Source: an archaeon
Lineage (GTDB): Archaea; Iainarchaeota; Iainarchaeia; Iainarchaeales; Iainarchaeaceae
Direction of reading: 5' to 3'
Length of the DNA stretch: 13,227 bases
Assembly (NCBI GenBank): GCA_038046625.1
Contig: JBBSVV010000034.1
Coordinates: 1 to 13,227 of the forward strand
Part shown: piece by piece, positions 1 to 7,448 of the stretch
Numbering within the stretch: the stretch's first letter is position 1
How the letters are laid out: every line of letters begins with the position of its first letter
Translations under genes and position numbers: made by a program
Notes under the pieces: generated by a model
What the model saw: the letters and a program-made list of their open reading frames with translations, nothing else
Databases searched by the model: none
What the model was told of the DNA's origin: nothing

Positions 1-148
1 GAACCGCGCAGAAGCTGAAAAGGTTAGGATTTATTTTCGCGGCGGCGAAAGGATAGGCTATGATGTTCACGAAAGATGAAATTGCAGGCCTAAGTTTTCC
101 GAGCATTTTAACAACCCATTCCTGAATAATATAGAACAATTTGCACAA

Positions 149-188
149 TATAAATAATACATTAATTCAGTAAAGAGAATAAAAGAGG
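149..188 (+). promoter_or_regulatory. Putative archaeal promoter (TATA box) and RBS for dsbA-like/sufS
   Basis: AT-rich gap at about 105-195, TATAAATA at 149-156 about 40 nt before ATG 196, and GAGG at 185-188. Confidence 0.45.
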
Positions 189-195
189 CATTCAC

Positions 196-1140
196 ATGGT
201 TGTATGCGTAATAGCGCTGATTGTATTCGGCTTCTTGGGCATCTTCTCCGCAACACACCGCGCAATTGCAAAAGAGGCGTTCGACTGCGTATTCAGGAAA
301 ATGACTTTCAGGCCGTGCAACACGGGCCTTGACAAGCGCCTCAAAATGATTGTTTCAATGAAGGTAATGAAGCGCCACGAAGGCGCGGGAAAATTCGTGC
401 ACAAAAACTTCGAAGGAATTTCATTCTTCTTCATGCTGCTCATGATAGGCAGCATTGTGTTCAGCGGAATAGGATTGTACAATTTCTGGGCTTACGGGAA
501 CTGCAACGGCCCAAACAGCTCTGAACTCTGCTTATTGAACCCCGAAACTTATTCAGGCACAAACCCGCTTGCGTGGCTTTTTCCACCTACTCCGGAACAG
601 GTGAAGCAGGTTTCGAGCCAAGGATTGCCCGTACGCGGAAACCCCAATGCGCAGATACAAATAATCGAGGTAGGGTGCTTCACGTGCCCCTTTACGAAAT
701 CAACTGAACCGATTGTGGATGAGGTAATGGAAAAATACGGGGAAAAAGTTGCGCTTTACTTCAAGTACTTCCCCCTGCCGAGGCACAATTACTCCTTCGA
801 GGCCGCAGAGGCAGCGGAATGCGCGCGCAACCAGGGAAAGTTCTGGGAGTACAAAGAGCGGCTATTTGAGCATCAGGCTGAATGCCTGGAGCAGCCCACA
901 ACAGGGGATTTGATAATTGTTTACAAGGGCCTTGCAAAAGACCTTGGCCTTAATGAAGGGCAGTTCAATGCATGCATTGATGCAGGCAAATACAATTCAT
1001 ATGTAGAACAGCAAAAGCAGGAGAACATCAATGCGGGAATCTACGGAACGCCAACATTCTTCATAAACGGAAAGGTGCTTGTTGCGCCGAAATCACTTGA
1101 AGAATTCTCGAAAATAATCGATGCGGAGCTGGCAAAATGA
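196..1140 (+). CDS. Membrane-anchored DsbA-family (thioredoxin-fold) oxidoreductase with a Cys-rich N-terminal module
   Basis: 314-aa ORF with GNPNAQIQIIE..CFTCPFT, 'FKYFPLPRH', 'AAEAAECARNQGKFWEY' and the cis-Pro loop 'GIYGTPTFFING'. Two hydrophobic segments at about aa 1-20 and 74-99. Confidence 0.88.
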   Translation: MVVCVIALIVFGFLGIFSATHRAIAKEAFDCVFRKMTFRPCNTGLDKRLKMIVSMKVMKRHEGAGKFVHKNFEGISFFFMLLMIGSIVFSGIGLYNFWAYGNCNGPNSSELCLLNPETYSGTNPLAWLFPPTPEQVKQVSSQGLPVRGNPNAQIQIIEVGCFTCPFTKSTEPIVDEVMEKYGEKVALYFKYFPLPRHNYSFEAAEAAECARNQGKFWEYKERLFEHQAECLEQPTTGDLIIVYKGLAKDLGLNEGQFNACIDAGKYNSYVEQQKQENINAGIYGTPTFFINGKVLVAPKSLEEFSKIIDAELAK

Positions 1141-1190
1141 AATGCGGAGCTGGCAAAAACGGAGTGAGGAACGGAGTTGGCGGAAAATGA
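1121..1190 (+). repeat. Degenerate tandem repeat at the dsbA/sufS junction
   Basis: ATGCGGAGCTGGCAAAA is exact at 1121-1137 and 1142-1158. A degenerate copy CGGAGTTGGCGGAAAATGA lies at 1172-1190. ACGGAGT occurs at 1159-1165 and 1171-1177. Confidence 0.85.
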
Positions 1191-2401
1191 TAAGCGAAAA
1201 AATCAGGAAAGATTTCCCGATGCTGCAGAAGCACAAGGATTTGATTTACCTTGACAGCGCCGCGACCTCGCTAAAGCCCATTCAGGTGATTGACAAAATA
1301 AAGGATTTTTACTGCGAATTCGGAATGAACATCGGCAGGGGCAATCACCACATCTCGCAGCAGGCAACGCAGAAATTCGAGGAAGCGCGCGCAAACATAG
1401 CGAAATTCATAAATGCGAAAGAGAACGAACTCATTTTCACCAAAAACGCGACCGAAGGAATCAATCTCGTTGCGACTTCACTCGAAAGGGGCAAAAGAAT
1501 CAGCGCAGGAGATGAGATAGTAATTTCATTCATGGAGCACCACGCGAACCTCGTTCCTTGGCAGCAGCTCTGTTTGAGAACGGGGGCAAAGCTCAAAGTG
1601 GTTAAGTTGAACAGGGATTACACGCTTGACATGGATGATTTGCGGGAAAAGGTGACGCGCAAAACAAAGGTCGTTGGAATTGCGCACTGCTCAAACACCG
1701 TCGCAACCATAACTCCTGCGCAGGAAATAGCGAAAATTGCGCATGAGAACAACGCATTGTTCCTCGCGGACTGCGCCCAGAGCGTGCCGCACATTAAGGT
1801 TGACGCAAAAAAACTTGACGCGGATTTCATGGTTTTTTCCTCGCACAAAATGCTCGGCCCCACGGGAATCGGCGCGCTGTACGGAAAAGCCGGGCTGCTG
1901 GAAAAAATGCCGCCTTTCAATTTCGGCGGCGCAATGATAAGCAAAGTCACTTTCGAAAAAACATTGTTCGCGAAGCCGCCCCAGAAATTCGAGCCTGGAA
2001 CAATGCCGATTGCAGAAGCAATAGGTTTTTCTGAGGCAGTAAATTATTTGAAAAAGCTTGGAATGGAAAATGTGCACGAGCATGACCGGAAATTATTGGC
2101 ACATGCATTGCAGAAAATGTCGGGCATTAACGGCGTGAAATTGCACTGCCCGAAAAACCCCGAAAAACAGGGTGCCGTAGTGTTATTTGAGGTCGAGGGC
2201 ATTGACGCCGTTGACTTGGGGGTCGCAGTTGATGAGTCCCGAAATATAGCGATAAGGAGCGGTTTGCACTGCGCGGAACCCATTATTAGCAGCATAAATC
2301 CGAAAGGCCTGGACAGGGCAAGCTTTTATTTTTACAACACCATCGAGGAAATTGACATCTTCGCGGAGCAAGTCACGGCCATATCGAGGGCGTTCAAATA
2401 A
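1187..2401 (+). CDS. sufS: Cysteine desulfurase, SufS/class II (PLP-dependent aminotransferase class V)
   Basis: IRKDFP..IYLDSAATSLKP, EHHANLVPWQ, PLP-Lys motif SSHKMLGPTGIG and catalytic Cys motif IRSGLHCAEP (RxGxHCA type). Start set at ATG 1187 (MISEKIRKDFP) because the upstream in-frame ATGs lie in the repeat. Confidence 0.95.
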   Translation: MISEKIRKDFPMLQKHKDLIYLDSAATSLKPIQVIDKIKDFYCEFGMNIGRGNHHISQQATQKFEEARANIAKFINAKENELIFTKNATEGINLVATSLERGKRISAGDEIVISFMEHHANLVPWQQLCLRTGAKLKVVKLNRDYTLDMDDLREKVTRKTKVVGIAHCSNTVATITPAQEIAKIAHENNALFLADCAQSVPHIKVDAKKLDADFMVFSSHKMLGPTGIGALYGKAGLLEKMPPFNFGGAMISKVTFEKTLFAKPPQKFEPGTMPIAEAIGFSEAVNYLKKLGMENVHEHDRKLLAHALQKMSGINGVKLHCPKNPEKQGAVVLFEVEGIDAVDLGVAVDESRNIAIRSGLHCAEPIISSINPKGLDRASFYFYNTIEEIDIFAEQVTAISRAFK

Positions 2402-2450
2402 TATGCAATCAAAGCATGAAAAATCGCTATTTCGGGGAAACCTGAAAACC

Positions 2451-2468
2451 GCGGAAATCTTTTTTAAG
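2451..2468 (+). promoter_or_regulatory. Putative BRE-TATA promoter for the ATP synthase operon
   Basis: Purine-rich CGGAAA (2452-2457) directly before TTTTTAAG (2461-2468) in the 135-nt gap after sufS. Confidence 0.45.
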
Positions 2469-2536
2469 CTTACCCGGCTGAATTCTAATGCGGAAATAAA
2501 ACGCTTTGGCGAGAGCCGCACAAAGGGTTGGATTCA

Positions 2537-2884
2537 ATGAAAAGCAAAGGTGTTTCAGCAAAGGCAGCCGCCGAAAAAGCCGGCAAAAAATTCATGAAGC
2601 TCGGCGCAAAGGCAAGGGCGAGCCTCAAAACATTTTCATACGCATTCGTGCTGCTTGTCATTTTCCCGATGTTCCTGATGCTGCTTTTCATACTTATACT
2701 TGCCGAAAAGTTTGATTACATCAGCATTCAGGGAGGGCTTTTCGTGTTCCTCGCGGCGCTGGCCGCGCTTTACCTGCTTCTCCCGCACATGGCCTCGCGC
2801 GTGCTCGAATCCATAATGCTTTTCAGGCCCGCAAAGAAAAACAAGGGCGCATTGAAACTAAGGAAAGGTGAAATGTATGGATGA
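2537..2884 (+). CDS. Hypothetical small membrane protein (2 TM helices, basic termini)
   Basis: Two long hydrophobic stretches (FSYAFVLLVIFPMFLMLLFILILA and GGLFVFLAALAALYLLLP). Its stop overlaps the start of atpH. ATG 2537 is preferred over TTG 2528. Confidence 0.7.
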   Translation: MKSKGVSAKAAAEKAGKKFMKLGAKARASLKTFSYAFVLLVIFPMFLMLLFILILAEKFDYISIQGGLFVFLAALAALYLLLPHMASRVLESIMLFRPAKKNKGALKLRKGEMYG

Positions 2885-3194
2885 AAAGGAATTCAGGGAA
2901 GAGCTTAAGCAAGTGAAGGAAGCGGAAAAGGAAAGGGAAAAGACGCTTGCCGAGGCGCACAAAGAAGCGGAAAAAATTTTCTCCGACGCGCAGTCAAAGG
3001 CGAAAAAAATTGTTTTCAGGGCGGGCGAGGAAACAAAGGAAGCAGAGGAAAAAATGATTGCGGAAGGAAGGAAAAAAACAGGGCAGGAAGAAAAAAAAAT
3101 AGTGGAAGAGGCCGAAGCGGAGGCAAAAAGGATTTCCGCAAAAAAACTTTCGCCGCAGGGCCTCAAAAAAATCTCGGAAAAGATAATGGAGTGA
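2877..3194 (+). CDS. atpH: A/V-type ATP synthase subunit H (G-like peripheral stalk)
   Basis: E/K/A-rich coiled coil of about 105 aa directly before subunit I. SD AGGTGA at 2866-2871 precedes ATG 2877. Confidence 0.85.
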   Translation: MDEKEFREELKQVKEAEKEREKTLAEAHKEAEKIFSDAQSKAKKIVFRAGEETKEAEEKMIAEGRKKTGQEEKKIVEEAEAEAKRISAKKLSPQGLKKISEKIME

Positions 3195-3201
3195 AGCAAA
3201 A

Positions 3202-5100
3202 ATGTTCTGGCCTTTACCAATGTGCAAAGTGCGCCTTATCGGGCTCAAAAGCGACATCCGCAGGACTGTCGGGCTGCTGCACGAGTACGGCGGAACGCAG
3301 ATAAGGAAAATAGATGATGGGGAAGCGAAAAGCATCGGCGCAATGGAAAACTACGGGGAAATATCGGAAAGGCTCGTGAAGGCCGACGCTCTTGTTGCGG
3401 CGCTCGAAAAATACGCAAACGGCACAAAAGCAAACGGAAAGAGCCCAGCACTGCGGCAATCGGAGGCGGAGAAGCTCGGCAGGGAAGTTTCAAGGCTCAA
3501 TTCGCGCATGGATGGGCTTGCGAATGAGGCCTCAATGCTCGCGGAAAGCAAAAAAACGCTTGAAACGTTCTCAAAATTCAACATTGACTTCAACGCGCTT
3601 GAAACCGAATCGCTCGCATTGATTGCGGGAACGATTGATTCGAAGAAAGCCTTTTCAATAAAGGCGAGGATTGGGAAAATAACGGACAGGTTCGAGGTCC
3701 TGCACAAAAGCGTTTCCCGCGAAAAAGACCTCGCAATAATAGCGATTGAAAAATCCAAAGCAGAAGAAGCGAAGAGCGTGCTCGCGGGAACCGGATTTGA
3801 AAGCGCCGCAATCCCAAAAATAAGCGGAAGCATCAATGCGGAGCTCAAAAGCAACGAAAAAAGGGCGAAGGAAATAAAATCCGGAAGGGCTTCGGTTGAA
3901 AAGGAGTTCACAAAAATCGCGGCACAGGATTATTCTCCGCTGCTTGCGCTGAGGGAGAGCCTCGCAATGGAGGTGGAGCGCTCCGGAGTAACGGAAAATT
4001 TTGTGGGAACCGAGAACGCATTTATAATGGAGGCTTATTTGCCGGAAAAGAATTACGCGGAATTCAGCGCCTTCGCGGAGAAGAATTTCGGCGCAAAGGT
4101 TTTCCGGAAAAAAATAAGTTCGCAAAGCCTCGAGGAAATGCACGAGGAAACCCCAACCCTTCTGGACCATTCCAAGGTTCTTTCGCCGTTCGAGTTCATG
4201 ACAAAATTTATCTCAATGCCAAGGAGCAACGAGCTCGACCCTACAGTAATATTCCTCATTTTTTTCCCGTTCTTCTACGGAATGATTGTCGGAGACGTCA
4301 TTTATGGGGTGATTTCATTTTTGCTCGCGCGCTGGATAGTCAAAAAATCCGCGCCCGACGGCATACTCAGGCCCGTTGGAATGATATGGATGTGGGGCTC
4401 GATTCCCACAATAATATTCGGTTTGGTATTTGACGAGTTTGCCGGATTGCCGCACGAGCGCATCCTCGAAATCCTCGGGTTTGGCAATTTGGCGCTTTAC
4501 CACGGCTTTGAAAGGATGCACAACATAGAAACGCTGCTCGCGGCAAGCATTCTTTTGGGGCTTTTCACGGTTTCAATGGGCTTCCTTTTGGGGTTTGTGA
4601 ATGCAATGAAGCACCATGACAGGAAACACGCGATTGCAAAACTCGGCTGGTTCGGGCTCATGGTTTTCGGGACAATAACAATCAGCACGGCAATGTTCAG
4701 GGCTTTTCCCCAGGAATACCTTTTGCCCGCGGCATTGCTAATGGTTGTTTCCGCAATTCCTGTTATAAAAGTCGAGGGAATAATCGGCGTAATGGAAATC
4801 CCGAGCGTTGTGGGAAATGTCCTTTCATTTGCAAGGATTCTTGCCGTAGGTTTGGTGGGGGTTGTGATTGCAATGATCCTCAATGACCTCGCTTTTCCGA
4901 GCCCGGAGAAAGGATTGTTGTTATTCTTATTGCTTCCTTTATTCGTTGTGGGGCACGTTTTCAACGCGTTCCTGGCGATGTTTGAAGCATTAATACAGGG
5001 GGCGAGGCTCAACTTTGTTGAGTTTTACCCCAAGTTTTTCCATGGGGGCGGAAAGGAATTTGCGCCCTTCAAGGCAGCGAGGAAGCATACCAAGCAATAA
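3202..5100 (+). CDS. atpI: A/V-type ATP synthase subunit I (a)
   Basis: 632 aa with a soluble N-half and multi-TM C-half. Motifs ELDPT..FFPFFYGMIVGDVIYG, essential Arg in LSFARILAVGL, and ARLNFVEFYPKFF..GG..FAPF. Confidence 0.96.
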   Translation: MFWPLPMCKVRLIGLKSDIRRTVGLLHEYGGTQIRKIDDGEAKSIGAMENYGEISERLVKADALVAALEKYANGTKANGKSPALRQSEAEKLGREVSRLNSRMDGLANEASMLAESKKTLETFSKFNIDFNALETESLALIAGTIDSKKAFSIKARIGKITDRFEVLHKSVSREKDLAIIAIEKSKAEEAKSVLAGTGFESAAIPKISGSINAELKSNEKRAKEIKSGRASVEKEFTKIAAQDYSPLLALRESLAMEVERSGVTENFVGTENAFIMEAYLPEKNYAEFSAFAEKNFGAKVFRKKISSQSLEEMHEETPTLLDHSKVLSPFEFMTKFISMPRSNELDPTVIFLIFFPFFYGMIVGDVIYGVISFLLARWIVKKSAPDGILRPVGMIWMWGSIPTIIFGLVFDEFAGLPHERILEILGFGNLALYHGFERMHNIETLLAASILLGLFTVSMGFLLGFVNAMKHHDRKHAIAKLGWFGLMVFGTITISTAMFRAFPQEYLLPAALLMVVSAIPVIKVEGIIGVMEIPSVVGNVLSFARILAVGLVGVVIAMILNDLAFPSPEKGLLLFLLLPLFVVGHVFNAFLAMFEALIQGARLNFVEFYPKFFHGGGKEFAPFKAARKHTKQ

Positions 5101-5113
5101 CGGAGGTGAAAAA

Positions 5114-5353
5114 ATGGCGTTATTGGAAGGTGCAGGATTGATAGCAATCGGAGCAGGGATAGCCGTTTTCGGCGGTGCAATAGGCACGGGCTGGGCACAA
5201 TCAGCAATCGGCTCCAGCGCAATGGGAGTAATAGCAGAGAAGCCCGAACAGGCAACCAAGCTGATCATATGGCTTGCAATACCCGAAACAATCGTAATAT
5301 TCGGGTTCGTTGTTGCGTTGCTTCTGGCACTCAACATAAGCGGCGGAGCATAA
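5114..5353 (+). CDS. atpK: A/V-type ATP synthase subunit K (c, proteolipid), single hairpin, 79 aa
   Basis: GxGxAxxGGAIGTGWAQ..IAEKPE..LAIPETIVIFG with ion-binding Glu58. Perfect SD GGAGGTGA at 5102-5109 before ATG 5114. Confidence 0.96.
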   Translation: MALLEGAGLIAIGAGIAVFGGAIGTGWAQSAIGSSAMGVIAEKPEQATKLIIWLAIPETIVIFGFVVALLLALNISGGA

Positions 5354-5383
5354 ACCGTTATGCTCTTGCCCCTGAATTTTTTT
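5342..5383 (+). terminator. Stem-loop plus T-tract after atpK (partial terminator or mRNA-stabilising element)
   Basis: GAGCATAA-accg-TTATGCTC is a perfect 8-bp stem (5346-5365), extendable with GGC/GCC. T7 follows at 5377-5383. Confidence 0.55.
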
Positions 5384-5397
5384 CAAAGAGGGATTGG

Positions 5398-5973
5398 ATG
5401 AGTCTTGAGAATCTCAAAAAAGCGATGATTGAAGAAGCGAAAAACGAAGCCAAAAAAATAACCTCCGAGGCGGAGAAAGAGGCGAAGCAAAACCTTTCCG
5501 AAGCGGAGAAAAACGCGAAAGAAATAGTTCAAAAGGCGCGCGAAAAAACCGCTAAATCAATCGAAGCCGAGAGGAAGGAAAGGGCGAGCGCGGCACAATT
5601 AAAGGCAAAGAGGATTGTGAGCGAAGCCCGCAACAGGGTTGTCGAGGATGCAATGCAGCAGGTTTGGGGCGAATTCTCCGAATCCGCAAAAGGAAAGGGC
5701 TACGAGAAGCTGCTCAAAAAGCTCATTGTGCAGGGAGAAAAGGAACTCGGGGAAAAGGCAATTGTGGCCGTGAACAAAAGCGATTTTGGAGCGGCAAAAA
5801 GAATCTCCAAAAACGTTTCAGCCAAAACCGCGGAAATTTCAGGCGGCGCAATAATCAGCAGCAAAAGCGGCGAAATAACGATTGACAATTCGCTTGAAGC
5901 CATCTTTGAGAACAGCAGGGAAGACGTGGGAGGCATGGTGTACAGGGAGCTCTTCGGGGGCAAAGGCAAATGA
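5398..5973 (+). CDS. atpE: A/V-type ATP synthase subunit E
   Basis: MSLENLKKAMIEEAKNEAKKI coiled coil and C-terminal ISGGAIISSKSGEITIDNSLEAIF motif. Lies between K and C. Start at ATG 5398. Confidence 0.93.
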   Translation: MSLENLKKAMIEEAKNEAKKITSEAEKEAKQNLSEAEKNAKEIVQKAREKTAKSIEAERKERASAAQLKAKRIVSEARNRVVEDAMQQVWGEFSESAKGKGYEKLLKKLIVQGEKELGEKAIVAVNKSDFGAAKRISKNVSAKTAEISGGAIISSKSGEITIDNSLEAIFENSREDVGGMVYRELFGGKGK

Positions 5974-7043
5974 TTTCGATTTTGAAATCGAGCCTCGCGT
6001 ACCGCGCAATGAGGTTCGGGTATGCGAACGCGCGCGTAAAGGCAATGAAGGACTCATTGCTCAGCCGGATGGAACTCAATGCGCTTGTGGAAGCGAAAAG
6101 CGTGCAGGAAATATACGGCTTGCTTGAAAGGACCAGATACAGGGAAGACCTTGTTTCGAGCGCACTAAAGGAAAAAACGCTCGCGGACCAGATAGAGCTT
6201 GCGTGCGCGAAAAACCTTTCAAGGACGATACAAAAAATCGTGAAGGTTGCGCCGGAAGAGCTCAAGCCAAAAGTAATAGGGCTGTTTGAAAAGTACGACA
6301 TTAACAACATCAAAACCATACTTGCGTCAAAGCACATTTCACAGCCAAAGGATGAAATAGAGAACTTTATTTTTGCCGCGGGAAGCATTTCAAGAAATAC
6401 ATTGAACAGGATGCTCAACGCAAACTCCGTGAAGGAAGCGGTTTTAGGACTCGGCGGAACGCCGTACGCAAGCGTGCTCGAGGGAAAGCTGCGCGATTAC
6501 GAACAGAAAAAGGAGCTTTCCCCTTTATTCGAGGTGCTGGATGATTATTATTACAAAAAGCTTCCGTTCGTGCTCGGGGGAAGCTACGGCGACGAGCGCA
6601 TTATTCTCGCAATGGTGAAGTCGCAGGTGGACGCGAAAAACATTTCAACCATTTTAAGGGCAAAAAAGCAGGGAATGGACGGCCAAAGCATAATGAAAAT
6701 GGTTATTGAGGAAGGAAGCATTTCGAAGGAAAAAATGAGGGGCGCTGCCGAAGCCAAAAGCGTTGAAGAGGCCGCGCGAGTGTTCGAAAAATCATTTTCA
6801 CTGGGAAGTGCCATTGAACAGTACAAAAAAACCTATAGCCTAATCCCGATTGAAATGGAGCTCGAGAAAAGGCTCGCAAAAAAGGGGCTGAGCATTTTCA
6901 GGACAAGCACCCTTTCAGTCGGCGCGATAGCGGGCTTTCTGATGATAAAGGAAGAGGAAATAAACAACATCCGCAAAATTGTCAGGGCAAAGGAATTCAA
7001 CCTCAGTGCGGAGAAACTCAAAGAGATGATTGTGGAGATTTGA
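5970..7043 (+). CDS. atpC: A/V-type ATP synthase subunit C (d/AC39)
   Basis: FGYANARVKAMKDSLL, YDINNIKTIL, VDAKNISTILRAK and KEEEINNIRKIVRAK motifs. ATGA overlap with atpE. Confidence 0.94.
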   Translation: MISILKSSLAYRAMRFGYANARVKAMKDSLLSRMELNALVEAKSVQEIYGLLERTRYREDLVSSALKEKTLADQIELACAKNLSRTIQKIVKVAPEELKPKVIGLFEKYDINNIKTILASKHISQPKDEIENFIFAAGSISRNTLNRMLNANSVKEAVLGLGGTPYASVLEGKLRDYEQKKELSPLFEVLDDYYYKKLPFVLGGSYGDERIILAMVKSQVDAKNISTILRAKKQGMDGQSIMKMVIEEGSISKEKMRGAAEAKSVEEAARVFEKSFSLGSAIEQYKKTYSLIPIEMELEKRLAKKGLSIFRTSTLSVGAIAGFLMIKEEEINNIRKIVRAKEFNLSAEKLKEMIVEI

Positions 7044-7101
7044 CAATAGTAGAAAAAAAACTGGAAAGGAAAAATGAAAACAGGATTTTGGTGAACTTCT
7101 C

Positions 7102-7431
7102 ATGAACGATGATAAAAAAAGCTCAATCGCAGTCATTGCGGACGGGCCCACATGCATGGGTTTTCGCCTTGCGGGAATAGAAAAGGTTTATCCTGTGGAG
7201 GAAAAGCAGGCTGAGCAGAAAATAGAGCAATTGCTCGAGAATAAGGAGATAGGCATACTCATCATCAATGAAAAGTCCCTGGAGGAGCTCGGCTGGCTCA
7301 TGAAGAAAAAGCTGGACAGGCTTGCGAAACCCGTGATAATAACGGTGCCGGGCAAGGAAGGCGCAATCGAGCAGAAAGGCGACTCACTCAAGGCAATGGT
7401 GAAGAAAGCGTTGGGATTCGACATTATGTGA
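7102..7431 (+). CDS. atpF: A/V-type ATP synthase subunit F
   Basis: [22 protein letters not shown], and C-terminal [20 protein letters not shown] at 7090-7094. Confidence 0.94.
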   Translation: MNDDKKSSIAVIADGPTCMGFRLAGIEKVYPVEEKQAEQKIEQLLENKEIGILIINEKSLEELGWLMKKKLDRLAKPVIITVPGKEGAIEQKGDSLKAMVKKALGFDIM

Positions 7432-7448
7432 GGATTGGAGGGAAAAAA

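Noticed and set aside
1..79. Possible 3' end of an upstream + strand gene (frame 2 open to TGA 77-79; frame 3 open to TAG 54-56)
   Set aside because: Too short to choose a frame or recognise a product.
1121..1190. CRISPR-like array
   Set aside because: Units are 17 bp or shorter, nearly adjacent, have no unique 30-40 nt spacers, and no cas genes are present.
2352..2715. Alternative + strand ORFs 2352-2540 and 2506-2715
   Set aside because: They overlap sufS, the promoter region and the better-supported membrane ORF, and show no protein-like features.
5015..5397. Long N-terminal extensions of atpK (from 5015) and atpE (from 5269) in the ORF track
   Set aside because: They overlap upstream genes. 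SD motifs and family N-termini support ATG 5114 and ATG 5398.
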